The position numbers were made by a program, and so were the translations under genes. A DNA stretch of 60,966 bases from an uncultured Candidatus Saccharibacteria bacterium (lineage in GTDB: Bacteria > Patescibacteriota > Minisyncoccia > SW-4-49-11). Under the pieces are notes generated by a model that worked only from the letters and a program-made list of their open reading frames with translations, did no database searches and was not told where the DNA came from. Below are positions 42,701-52,302 of the stretch, piece after piece. Every line of letters starts with the position of its first letter. Positions within the stretch are counted from its first letter, which is position 1. The stretch spans positions 1 through 60,966 of the forward strand of contig CAZWIJ010000008.1 in NCBI GenBank assembly GCA_964633865.1, written 5' to 3'.

Positions 42701-44260
42701 ATGATAATACAACTTATAAAGAAAATTCTAAAAAAAATCATCTATGCTCAAATAGTTATATTAATAATAAGTTTTTTCTTTTTGAATAAGGATTTTTCTG
42801 ATTTAGGGAAAATAATGGCAAATCTAGCTATAATTACTTTTTGGATTATAGCAATAGCAGGAATTCTACAAAGATTCAAAGTTAAAGGGATATTACAAAA
42901 AATACAATTAATCTTGATATCTAACAGGAGATATCTTGGAATATTAATGTTCTTATTTGGATTTACACATTATACTTGGAATAAAGGTTTCATTATTATC
43001 AAAAATGGAGTACCTTCTTCTTTTCCTTTATACCAAATATTTGGTTTTATATCTCTAAGTCTCTTATTTCTATTATTTATAACTTCTAATAATTACTCTG
43101 TTAAAAAATTAGGTAAGTTTTGGAAAACCTTACACTCTTTAGTATACCCAGTTATGTTGTTATTAATATTACACATAACTATGCAAGGATCTGACTTTAA
43201 AATTTTAGGTATATATTTTGGAATAGAGCAAACTTTAAAGTATGGTATTCCTTCATTGATTATATTATTTTTACAAATTTATTCTCATTTCTATTATAAT
43301 TCTACTAAAAAGGCTACTAGTCATCACAAATTGGAAATAATAAATATTTATACTGATACTAAAGATTCAAAAATAATAGAATTAAAAATACCTCCCCACA
43401 TCCAAAAGAACTTTTCATTTGTGGCTGGACAACATGTTAGTCTAAAGTTTAACCTAAATAATAAAGTGTTTTATAGATCTTATTCAATTTGTAATTCACC
43501 TTCTAAATTTGGAAATAATTCTAAAATAACAATATCAGTAAAAAGAAAATTGGGTGGTATTATTTCTAATTATATTAATGATTCTCTTAAAGCAGGGATT
43601 TTTATTGAGGTATCAAAACCTTTTGGAAGATTCTTTAAACCTGAAGATATTAACTCAGAAACACAAAATATTTATTTCTGGGCTGGAGGAAGTGGAATTA
43701 CTCCTATATTAAGTGTTATTGAATATATTCTAAAATCTAATTTTGATCAAAATGTATACTTAATTTATGCAAATAGAACCCTTGATTCTATTATGTTTAA
43801 AAATTATTTAAATAAACTTGAAATTAATTCAAACAAAAAACTTAAAATCATAAATATTATATCTGATGAAACTGAAATCAATATTCAAAACTCCTCTAAT
43901 CATAATATGAGTTCATATATTTTTGAGAGAATGAATGCTGAGACAATATCTGATTTAGTTAAAGATAAAAATTCTATTCATTACATATGTGGCCCAGAAC
44001 CAATAATGATCCTAATCAAAGATAATTTAAAAACAATAGGAATAGATGATAATAATATACATCTTGAGTCCTTTGTAATTAACTCAGATAATGAGACTCT
44101 TTATAATAAAGGAACTTTAGTTCCTGAAGATGGAGAATATATGTGTATAGATTGTGGCTATAGTCAGTTTTTCAAAAAAGGAGAGGTATTTCCAGTTTGT
44201 CCTGTATGTCTAGCTGGAGAGGAAGATTCTGAATATGAATTCTGGAAAAAAGTAAAATAA
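42701..44260 (+). CDS. Ferric-reductase/NOX-like flavocytochrome: 6-TM heme domain, FNR-type FAD/NAD(P)H domain and a rubredoxin-like Cys4 tail
   Basis: 519 aa. TM His pair HSLVYPVMLLLILH (H-x12-H) plus FGFTHYTW. FAD motif RSYSICNSP. NAD(P)H motifs WAGGSGITP and HYICGPEPIM. C-terminal CIDCGY...CPVCLAG. Confidence 0.7.
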   Translation: MIIQLIKKILKKIIYAQIVILIISFFFLNKDFSDLGKIMANLAIITFWIIAIAGILQRFKVKGILQKIQLILISNRRYLGILMFLFGFTHYTWNKGFIIIKNGVPSSFPLYQIFGFISLSLLFLLFITSNNYSVKKLGKFWKTLHSLVYPVMLLLILHITMQGSDFKILGIYFGIEQTLKYGIPSLIILFLQIYSHFYYNSTKKATSHHKLEIINIYTDTKDSKIIELKIPPHIQKNFSFVAGQHVSLKFNLNNKVFYRSYSICNSPSKFGNNSKITISVKRKLGGIISNYINDSLKAGIFIEVSKPFGRFFKPEDINSETQNIYFWAGGSGITPILSVIEYILKSNFDQNVYLIYANRTLDSIMFKNYLNKLEINSNKKLKIINIISDETEINIQNSSNHNMSSYIFERMNAETISDLVKDKNSIHYICGPEPIMILIKDNLKTIGIDDNNIHLESFVINSDNETLYNKGTLVPEDGEYMCIDCGYSQFFKKGEVFPVCPVCLAGEEDSEYEFWKKVK

Positions 44261-44297
44261 ATATATAAATAAAGGCTCATAATTTTATAAAAATATT

Positions 44298-45953
44298 TTA
44301 TCTTTTTATTGATGCTCTTATAAATCCTTTGAATATTGGATGTGGATTTAAAGGTCTTGAGATTAACTCTGGGTGAAACTGTGTTCCTACAAAAAATGGA
44401 TGGTCTCCTAGTTCTATTATCTCTACTAAGTCTTTTTCTTTATTTATACCTGAAATAACTAAACCATTATCAACTAACTGTTCTTTATACTTGTTATTAA
44501 ACTCATATCTATGTCTATGTCTTTCTTTTATATTACTAGCTCCATATAATTTTCTCACTAATGTTTTTGACTGAATCTCACAATCATACTCACCCAATCT
44601 CATAGTTCCTCCCATTTTTTTATTATTAAGATTTTCTTTTTGTTCTTCTATTATATCAATTACTGGATCTATAGTTTTTGGATTAATTTCTGTTGTATGA
44701 GATTTTGTTAATCCTACTACATTACGAGCAAATTCAATAACTGACAATTGCATACCATAACAAAGTCCTAGATAAGGTATTTTATGTTCTCTTGCAAATT
44801 GTATTGCTTTTATTTTACCTTCTATACCTCTTTCTCCAAACCCTCCTGGAACAATAATCCCATCATAAATATTAAGGTCAGCCAAATGCTGTTCATCTTT
44901 TTCGAACTCTTCGCTATTTATCCAATCAATTACTGGTTTCACTTTATAAAAATATGATGCATGTTTGATAGCTTCTATCACAGAAATATATGAGTCAGAT
45001 AAAACAAAATCTCCAGTATTAAAATATTTACCTACTATTCCAATTCTAATTTCTTTAGTTGAAGCATCTATTTTATTAGTAAATGTTGTCCAATCTTTCA
45101 GATCTTTTTTCTTAGGTCTTAAATCAAATTTTTTAATTATTTTGGTGGATAATTGATCATTTTCAAAATTAATTGGGACATGATAAATACTATCAACATC
45201 TGGAGCTGATATTATATCGTCTGGATGAACATTACACATTACAGAAATTTTTTGCTTCCTAATAGAATCTAATGCATGACTTGATCTTGCAATAATAAAA
45301 TCTGCCTGTATACCTGATGAATTTAATAATCTTGAGGCATGTTGGGTGGGTTTAGTTTTCATTTCACCTATTTTAGATGGAACAGGAAGATAACTTACCA
45401 AAAAGAAAAGGACATCTTGTGGATTATCTAATTTCATTATTCTGGCAGCTTCAAGAAATAATAAATTTTCATATTCACCTACTGTACCTCCTATTTCTAT
45501 AACTACTATTTCTGCCTGACTTTTTTTCTGAGCAATTTGAATTCTTTGAATTACTTCATTAGGAATATCTGGCACAACACTAACACATTTCCCTCCATAT
45601 TCAAGATTTCTTTCCTTATTTATAACAGATTGATAAACTGCCCCTGTTGTCATATAATTCTCTTTTGGTAAATCCTGATTCAAAAATCTCTCATAATTTC
45701 CCATATCTTGATCACATTCTAGACCATCTGCTAGAACAAATGTTTCACCATGTTCTCCTGGATTCATAGTCCCAGCATCAACATTTACATATGGATCAAT
45801 TTTTACGGAAGTGACAGAAAATCCTCTAGATTTTAGAATAAGAGCTACAGATGAGCTAGTTATTCCTTTACCTACACCGGACATCACACCTCCTATTACA
45901 AATATATATTTAGGAGAAATTTTCTTAATTCTTCTACTTTTCACTGCTGACAT
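44298..45953 (-). CDS. pyrG: CTP synthase
   Basis: 551 aa. YIFVIGGVMSGVGKGITSSS. Glutaminase domain GLCYGMQL...HRHRYEFN. Confidence 0.95.
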   Translation of the reverse strand: MSAVKSRRIKKISPKYIFVIGGVMSGVGKGITSSSVALILKSRGFSVTSVKIDPYVNVDAGTMNPGEHGETFVLADGLECDQDMGNYERFLNQDLPKENYMTTGAVYQSVINKERNLEYGGKCVSVVPDIPNEVIQRIQIAQKKSQAEIVVIEIGGTVGEYENLLFLEAARIMKLDNPQDVLFFLVSYLPVPSKIGEMKTKPTQHASRLLNSSGIQADFIIARSSHALDSIRKQKISVMCNVHPDDIISAPDVDSIYHVPINFENDQLSTKIIKKFDLRPKKKDLKDWTTFTNKIDASTKEIRIGIVGKYFNTGDFVLSDSYISVIEAIKHASYFYKVKPVIDWINSEEFEKDEQHLADLNIYDGIIVPGGFGERGIEGKIKAIQFAREHKIPYLGLCYGMQLSVIEFARNVVGLTKSHTTEINPKTIDPVIDIIEEQKENLNNKKMGGTMRLGEYDCEIQSKTLVRKLYGASNIKERHRHRYEFNNKYKEQLVDNGLVISGINKEKDLVEIIELGDHPFFVGTQFHPELISRPLNPHPIFKGFIRASIKR

Positions 45954-46383
45954 TTAGATTTATATTAGCTAATAAATTATTTAACAACTTTACCTTAATA
46001 GAATATTCTCCTACAGATTTTATTGGTTTATCTATAATTAAATTACTCTTATCTATATTTATATTATAACTTTGATTTATTAGTTTAGCAATATCATGAT
46101 CTTTAATTGACCCGAATAAATGTCCTTCTTGACTTGCATTAACTTTCATCTCTAATGTTACACCAATAATTTTCTTATAAATATTTTCCATTTCTAACTT
46201 ATGATTTTCTTCTTGTTTGATTTTATCTTGATTCATTTTTTGAATTCTAGATAAATCCTGATTATTTGGCAAAATAGCAAATTTATTTTTAAGTAAAAAG
46301 TTTCTTCCATATCCATCCGATACATCTACTAAATCATTTTTTCTACCTACATTTTTTATATCCTGTAATAAAATCAACTTCAT
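45934..46383 (-). CDS. rplI: 50S ribosomal protein L9
   Basis: 149 aa. MKLILLQDIKNVGRKNDLVDVSDGYGRNFLL. The 3' end overlaps the pyrG start by 20 nt. Confidence 0.9.
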   Translation of the reverse strand: MKLILLQDIKNVGRKNDLVDVSDGYGRNFLLKNKFAILPNNQDLSRIQKMNQDKIKQEENHKLEMENIYKKIIGVTLEMKVNASQEGHLFGSIKDHDIAKLINQSYNINIDKSNLIIDKPIKSVGEYSIKVKLLNNLLANINLNVSSEK

Positions 46384-46395
46384 ATAATTTAATAC

Positions 46396-46668
46396 TTATC
46401 TTATAATTTTAAATTCTTTTTCACCTTCATATTCCATATTATCCCAAATTTGCTCTATATCATCAACTCTTGATAAAAATGAGCCTTTATTAAGAATTCC
46501 CAAAAAATCTACTAAATTAAATTTTTCTCCATAAGCATCTACCAATACTCTTCCATCAGGTAAATTTTGAACTGATCCAAGTATATAGAGTTTATCTGCA
46601 TTTTTCTTCACAAAAAGTCTATACCTCACCATCTGGACTCTACCTGTAATTTTTGCTTTTAAATGCAT
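46396..46668 (-). CDS. acyP: Acylphosphatase
   Basis: 90 aa. ITGRVQMVRYRLFVKKNADKLYILGSVQNLPDGRVLVDAYG. Confidence 0.8.
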   Translation of the reverse strand: MHLKAKITGRVQMVRYRLFVKKNADKLYILGSVQNLPDGRVLVDAYGEKFNLVDFLGILNKGSFLSRVDDIEQIWDNMEYEGEKEFKIIR

Positions 46669-46669
46669 A

Positions 46670-47374
46670 TTATCCTAAAATTAAATTAATTAATAATGAA
46701 AATATAGGGTAAATAAATGAAATACCACCAAACAAAACTATTACTAATAATAACCACGTTCCATTCATTTCTAAACTTCTATAAAAATCGCTTCTTGTGA
46801 ATGAGTAAGGTAATAATGGCTCAATTATTTTAGAACCATCTAAAGGTGGTATTGGAATTGAATTAAAAATTGCTAACATAAGATTAATTCCTACAACTGT
46901 AACAAATAATTCTTGTGTTGCTACTGAAGCATTACCGTATAAAGAATATATCCTAAAAATGATTCCTATTAACACTGCTAGTATAAGATTAGAAGCTGGA
47001 CCAGCCAAAGCAACCAATGATGAGCCCCATTTTTTATTATTTAAATTATTAGGATTAAATGGAACTGGTTTGGCATAACCGAATAGGAATGGAGCTCCTA
47101 AAAAAAACATTAAAAAAGGTAATATTATAGAACCATAAAGATCTATATGAGGAATAGGATTCATTGTTAATCTTCCTTGCACCTTTGCTGTCGGGTCACC
47201 CAAAGAATAAGCAGCAAATCCATGAGAAACCTCATGAATTATTACAGACATAATTAAGATGATTAAACTAAATAGTGATTGAACTAAATTAGTCTCTAAC
47301 ATAAATATTACAAAATTATTGACTTTTATTAAAATAACTGTTATTATTCTATCATATACAGAGATATATTTCAA
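46670..47374 (-). CDS. Site-2 protease family (M50) membrane metalloprotease
   Basis: 234 aa. HEVSHGFAA (HExxH within a TM helix) and a later PPLDGSKI. Confidence 0.8.
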   Translation of the reverse strand: MKYISVYDRIITVILIKVNNFVIFMLETNLVQSLFSLIILIMSVIIHEVSHGFAAYSLGDPTAKVQGRLTMNPIPHIDLYGSIILPFLMFFLGAPFLFGYAKPVPFNPNNLNNKKWGSSLVALAGPASNLILAVLIGIIFRIYSLYGNASVATQELFVTVVGINLMLAIFNSIPIPPLDGSKIIEPLLPYSFTRSDFYRSLEMNGTWLLLVIVLFGGISFIYPIFSLLINLILG

Positions 47375-47410
47375 TTATATATCTTTATAAATTGAATTAA
47401 TTTTAAAATT

Positions 47411-47617
47411 ATGTCTAAAAAATGCGAATTGTCAATCTGTAAGAAAAAGCCTCTAGTTGTAACAAAAAGAAAGCTTTTAAGAGGAAACTACAATCCTACA
47501 AGTAATCATACCCAAAAAATAAATGTTCAACCTTATACATTAGAAGATGGAACAAAAATCAAAGCTTGTACAACATGTATCAGAACTTTGAAAAAAGGAG
47601 CAGCAGCTTTAGTCTAG
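47411..47617 (+). CDS. rpmB: Probable 50S ribosomal protein L28
   Basis: 68 aa, basic. The N-terminal MSKKCELSICKKKP...NPTSNHTQKINVQ resembles the L28 pattern (MSxxCxxxGKxP...N..t.r...pNvq). Assigned from recall only. Confidence 0.5.
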   Translation: MSKKCELSICKKKPLVVTKRKLLRGNYNPTSNHTQKINVQPYTLEDGTKIKACTTCIRTLKKGAAALV

Positions 47618-47763
47618 GTTATAAAAAAATCCCCAGTATTAAATTGTTAGGGATTTTTTATTTATATAAAAATTAGTAAATTTTCTTTAAATTTATGATA
47701 TAATAATAAATATTATGATAGAAATATAATATTTATACTAAAAAAACAATAAACTCTTATGCT

Positions 47764-50667
47764 ATGAAGACCTCTCATAAACTTAAATTTGGATTTTTAT
47801 CTATAGCCATATTATCAAGTTTATCACTAATAACTGGTTATGATACAAATTATGTATTAGCTGAAACTTCAATAATTCCTTCATCTTCACCCACATATTC
47901 TCTAGATCCTAATCAAACATATGTACTAAACAACAAAGACTTAATTAAAAAACCTGGATCCGGAACATATTTATATCAGAACAACACTAAACATCTAATT
48001 TTTAGTACAGAAATATTTGATAGCTATAATTATAAAGAAGAAGATATCAAGGTTATCGATGCTTTAACATTTGATAGTTTTCCAACAGGAAATTATGTTG
48101 CCATTAAAAATGGTACTTTAGTAAAAACATCATCTGATTCAACCGTATATATAATTGAAGGTGGGAAAAAAAGAAAAATTAGTAATCCAGGAGATCTTTT
48201 AGCCCAAGGCTACACTCCTGATAAAATTAAAATTATAAGTCAAGTTACCCTAGATTTACATCCAACTGGATTAGACTATTTTGTTACTTTAGACACCTAT
48301 TCTGAATCTACAATAACTTTAGTTAGAGCTTCTGGTACTCAAATTTATCTAGTAAAAAATAATATAAAATACCCCTTTGTTAATTCAGAAATATTTGATA
48401 GCTATAATTATAAAGAAGAAGATATCAAGGTTATCGATGCTTTAACATTTGATAGTTTTCCAACAGGAAATTATGTTGCCATTAAAAATGGTACTTTAGT
48501 AAAAACATCATCTGATTCAACCGTATATATAATTGAAGGTGGGAAAAAAAGAAAAATTAGTAATCCAGGAGATCTTTTAGCCCAAGGCTACACTCCTGAT
48601 AAAATTAAAATTATAAGTCAAGTTACCCTAGATTTACATCCAACTGGATTAGACTATTTTGTGAGCTCAACCTCATCTTTTGAATCTATAATATCTTTAG
48701 TTAGAGCCTCTGGTACTCAAATTTATCTAGTAAAAAATAATATAAAATATCCCTTTGTTAATTCAGAAATATTTGATAGCTATAATTATAACTATTCTAA
48801 TGTACAAATTGTTAATCAAGAAACTTTAAATTCTCTACCTACAGGAGAAAATATACTTATTAATAGTGGTACATTAATAAGATCCTCACTTAGTCCAAAT
48901 ATATATATAATTGAAGATGGTAAAAAAAGGAAGATACTTGATACAGCAGTTTTTTTTAGATCTGGATATAAATGGAATGATATTAGAATAGTTAGTCAAG
49001 CTACAGTAGATATGCATCTCAATGGACCTGATTTCACAGATTCCAATTGGCAAATTAATGGCTCTTTAATAACAGCTTATGGAAAGATTGGTAAACTAGA
49101 AAATGGAACTATACGATTGTTTCCTGATATTGAGACTTTTTTATCTCATTATAGAAATTGGGATTTAGTAAAACCTGTTTCAAATACGGTATTCAACTCT
49201 ATACCAAAAGGAGACAATATGTCTAAATTAACAGTGCAAAATCTTTCTGATGAAGAATTTGTGTATTTTATTATAAATGATAATGAAAAATCTTCAGAAT
49301 TTAGAAATACAGATGAACTAAGATTAATAAAAACATCAAGTTCTGAAGTTCATTTAGTAAGAGATGATAAAAAATATTCTTTTAATAGTTCTGATGTATT
49401 TAATAGTTATAATTATAAAGATGGTATCATTGAAACTACAAATCAAGTAACATTTGATTCTATACCTACAGCTGGATCTATGCCTTTTAGAGGTGGGTCT
49501 TTAATTAAAGAAAATGGATCTGATATACTTTATATTATAGACAAAAATAAAAAAAAGAGAGTTGATTTTCCTTTTGATGTAAATAATGAAAGAAATTTAT
49601 TTAATAATTTTCTTGTAACTGGGTCTATGGCTTTTAAAGATGGCATATTAACCAGAATCAGAGAAATCACTACCCCAACATTATTTATAATTAATAAATC
49701 TAAAGAACCTCAAGAAGTTACATTTAATTACTTTATTAATGAAATAAGAAATTCAAATGACTTTCTAAACGATGAAAATTCATTTAATCAATTTTTAAAG
49801 ACAGGGTCTATTCCTTTTCAAGGTGGAACTTTACAAAGAAATGAAATAAATAAATTATTTTATACAAAAAATGGAATAAGAACAGAAGTTACTGAAGACT
49901 ACTTTGAAGAGAATATGAGAGAACCTCTTAGCCTTAGACCTTTACTTGGAGAAAATATTAGCTTTGACAATATACTTACAAAAGGAGGATTTATATTTTT
50001 TGAGGGTGGTAGATTAGAAAGAAGTAAAAATGATACATTATTTTTAACACAAAATGGAACAGAAACAGAAGTCACATTTGATTATTTTAGAAACAATATC
50101 AGAAATTCAAATGCCTTTCTTAATAGTGAAGAAAGTTTCAATCAATTTCTTGTAACAGGATCCCTACCTTTTCAAGGAAAAACTTTAAGAAGATTAAAAG
50201 AAAGTAGTAAATCAGATTTACCACCTTTATTTTTTGTAAGAGGAGAAGAAAAAACATTAGTAACCTTTGATTACTTTATTACTGAAATAAGACCTAGAAA
50301 TATTAACCAGTTTATACAATATGGATTCAATCCTTCAACAGCAAAAGTAGTAGATTCTAATGTATTTAATCTTTACCCTGAAGGAGGATTTTATAGAAAC
50401 ATAAGGTATCAACCCGATGGATCTTTGATTTATTACAATGGAAAAATTGCTGAAATTCAAGCTGGAAAACTCAGAGAATTTTCTGACACTAAAAGCTTTT
50501 TATCTTATTATAGAGACTGCAGCACAATAAGAACAGTACCTAAAGATGTTTTTGATTCAATTGTTAAAGGAAATATTATTGAAGCTTATTTGTCACCAAA
50601 CAATATCTCTGATGAAGATGAAAGATCATGTATAGAAACTATAAATTCAAATAATAATTTACCATAA
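47764..50667 (+). CDS. Secreted multi-repeat surface protein (967 aa)
   Basis: Signal peptide KLKFGFLSIAILSSLSLITGYDTNYVLAE. At least four ~126-aa modules (..KYPFVNSEIFDSYNY..PTG..G.L..S....VYIIE.GKKRKI..) are followed by ~5 shorter ~57-aa repeats (FNQFL.TGS.PFQGGTL...EVTFDYF..EIR). Confidence 0.8.
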   Translation: MKTSHKLKFGFLSIAILSSLSLITGYDTNYVLAETSIIPSSSPTYSLDPNQTYVLNNKDLIKKPGSGTYLYQNNTKHLIFSTEIFDSYNYKEEDIKVIDALTFDSFPTGNYVAIKNGTLVKTSSDSTVYIIEGGKKRKISNPGDLLAQGYTPDKIKIISQVTLDLHPTGLDYFVTLDTYSESTITLVRASGTQIYLVKNNIKYPFVNSEIFDSYNYKEEDIKVIDALTFDSFPTGNYVAIKNGTLVKTSSDSTVYIIEGGKKRKISNPGDLLAQGYTPDKIKIISQVTLDLHPTGLDYFVSSTSSFESIISLVRASGTQIYLVKNNIKYPFVNSEIFDSYNYNYSNVQIVNQETLNSLPTGENILINSGTLIRSSLSPNIYIIEDGKKRKILDTAVFFRSGYKWNDIRIVSQATVDMHLNGPDFTDSNWQINGSLITAYGKIGKLENGTIRLFPDIETFLSHYRNWDLVKPVSNTVFNSIPKGDNMSKLTVQNLSDEEFVYFIINDNEKSSEFRNTDELRLIKTSSSEVHLVRDDKKYSFNSSDVFNSYNYKDGIIETTNQVTFDSIPTAGSMPFRGGSLIKENGSDILYIIDKNKKKRVDFPFDVNNERNLFNNFLVTGSMAFKDGILTRIREITTPTLFIINKSKEPQEVTFNYFINEIRNSNDFLNDENSFNQFLKTGSIPFQGGTLQRNEINKLFYTKNGIRTEVTEDYFEENMREPLSLRPLLGENISFDNILTKGGFIFFEGGRLERSKNDTLFLTQNGTETEVTFDYFRNNIRNSNAFLNSEESFNQFLVTGSLPFQGKTLRRLKESSKSDLPPLFFVRGEEKTLVTFDYFITEIRPRNINQFIQYGFNPSTAKVVDSNVFNLYPEGGFYRNIRYQPDGSLIYYNGKIAEIQAGKLREFSDTKSFLSYYRDCSTIRTVPKDVFDSIVKGNIIEAYLSPNNISDEDERSCIETINSNNNLP
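47941..49074 (+). repeat. Tandem 378-bp coding repeats (3 units; units 1 and 2 are partly identical)
   Basis: The anchor GAAATATTTGATAGCTATAATTATAA recurs at 48010, 48388 and 48766, a period of 378 nt (126 codons). By eye, 48008-48284 equals 48386-48662 base for base. Unit 3 has diverged. Confidence 0.85.
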
Positions 50668-50751
50668 TTTATATTCTATTAACTTTTTTAAAAAATATGA
50701 TATAATGTTATTACATAGTAATTCTATGTTTATATTATATAAATTTATATT

Positions 50752-52149
50752 ATGAAAAATTCTAGTAGAATTAAGCTCGGATTACTTTCTGTAGCTATAT
50801 TATCAAGTTTATCTTTGATAACTGGTTATAATGTAGTTAGTGCATCAGAACAAAATATTCCCTTATATACAACAAATCAAACTAATACTAACCTAAAAGT
50901 TTTATTAACTGATGGAGCTTTGATAAGAACTTCAGATACTGGTATTTATCTTCTTGAGAATGGAGTAAAATATCCTTTTATTAATCCAGAAATTTTTGAT
51001 AGTTATAATTATAGTTATCAAAATGTTGAGGTGATAGATAAAGCAACATTTGATCTTATTCCAACTGGAAAAGCTATGCCTATAAGAAGTGGTATGCTTA
51101 TTAGAGCAAATACTAGTCCTAATGTATATGTGATTGAAGATGGAATGAAAAGAAGAATAGATAATCCTGGAGTTCTATTAGGAGCTGGTTATAAATGGAG
51201 TGATGTTAGATTAGTGAGCCAAGCTACAGTTGATATCCATCCAACTGAATTTGATTATAAAGACTCCAATTGGCAAGTCAATGGGTCTTTGGTTACTGCA
51301 AATGGTCAAGTCGCTAAGATAGAAGACGGGAAATTAAGACCATTTCCTGATGTTCAAACATTCCTATCTAATTACAAAAGTTGGGATATGGTAAGGCCTA
51401 TTTCAGTAGATTTATTTAACAAAATCCCAAGAGGGGAAATGATGAGACCTCAAGACAGAAGTTTAATTTCTGATTCAAAATCAGTATATTTGATAGAAAA
51501 TGATACCAAAAGAGGATTTACCTCTCAAGTTGAATTCTTAAATTATGGATTCAAATTTGATAAAATTTTACCACTTAACCAAACTTTAGTATCAGAGATT
51601 GCTTATGGGGGTACATTAGACACAAAAGATACTTATTCTACAAAAAAGAATTCTTTTACTTTAGCTAAAAACAATGTGGTTGATCTAATAATCAATGCAG
51701 AGAATTATAGTATTCTAAGAGAATTACTGATTAAAGCTGATATGGTTGAGGAAATACAAACCAATACAACAGTAACTATATTAGCTCCTACAAATCAAGC
51801 TTTTCAATTATTACCTAAAGAAACATTAGATAATTTAATTAAACCTGAAAATAAAGCTTCTTTGCAAGCATTATTAAGATATCATATAATTCAAGGTAAT
51901 TATAAAGTTTCAGATGTAAGAACTAAAGTAAATGAAACTAAAAATAGTATTGAAGTACAAACATCATATCCTCAAAGAAGGATGACATTGTTTGTAGATA
52001 TAAATAAAAATGATTCTCAATTATTTGTTAATGAAATATTTACAGGTAGCCCAATTTGGTATGAATTTGGAGCAACTGGACAAAGTGATATAATGGCAAG
52101 TAATGGTGTTATCCATAGTATTAATAAAGTACTTGTTTCATCTAAGTAA
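50752..52149 (+). CDS. Secreted paralog of the repeat protein with a C-terminal fasciclin (FAS1) domain
   Basis: 465 aa with a near-identical signal peptide (RIKLGLLSVAILSSLSLITGYNVVSA). One ~126-aa module plus the SNWQVNGSL...LRPFPD.QTFLS.Y..W segment. FAS1 motifs TILAPTNQAFQLLP, LLRYHIIQGNY and NGVIHSINKVL. Confidence 0.8.
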   Translation: MKNSSRIKLGLLSVAILSSLSLITGYNVVSASEQNIPLYTTNQTNTNLKVLLTDGALIRTSDTGIYLLENGVKYPFINPEIFDSYNYSYQNVEVIDKATFDLIPTGKAMPIRSGMLIRANTSPNVYVIEDGMKRRIDNPGVLLGAGYKWSDVRLVSQATVDIHPTEFDYKDSNWQVNGSLVTANGQVAKIEDGKLRPFPDVQTFLSNYKSWDMVRPISVDLFNKIPRGEMMRPQDRSLISDSKSVYLIENDTKRGFTSQVEFLNYGFKFDKILPLNQTLVSEIAYGGTLDTKDTYSTKKNSFTLAKNNVVDLIINAENYSILRELLIKADMVEEIQTNTTVTILAPTNQAFQLLPKETLDNLIKPENKASLQALLRYHIIQGNYKVSDVRTKVNETKNSIEVQTSYPQRRMTLFVDINKNDSQLFVNEIFTGSPIWYEFGATGQSDIMASNGVIHSINKVLVSSK

Positions 52150-52236
52150 AAATATCTATACTTAAACAAAAAATAGATTCATTAATTTGAGTCTATTTTT
52201 TATTTTAAACATCAATTATAATAATGTAATATTTGA

Positions 52237-52264
52237 TTGACAAAAAAATAAATTGTGTTAGAAT
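52237..52264 (+). promoter_or_regulatory. Promoter (TTGACA-16-TGtTAGAAT)
   Basis: TTGACA at 52237-52242 and TAGAAT at 52259-52264, preceded by TGt. Confidence 0.55.
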
Positions 52265-52302
52265 ACTAAAGTCAATTGTACCTTAAAAATAGGGATTTTC
52301 TT

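Noticed and set aside
47941-49074. Possibility that the regular 378-bp repeats are a CRISPR array or satellite
   Set aside because: The repeats are far too long and have no unique spacers. They lie in one continuous reading frame of a secreted protein. No cas genes are present in the window.
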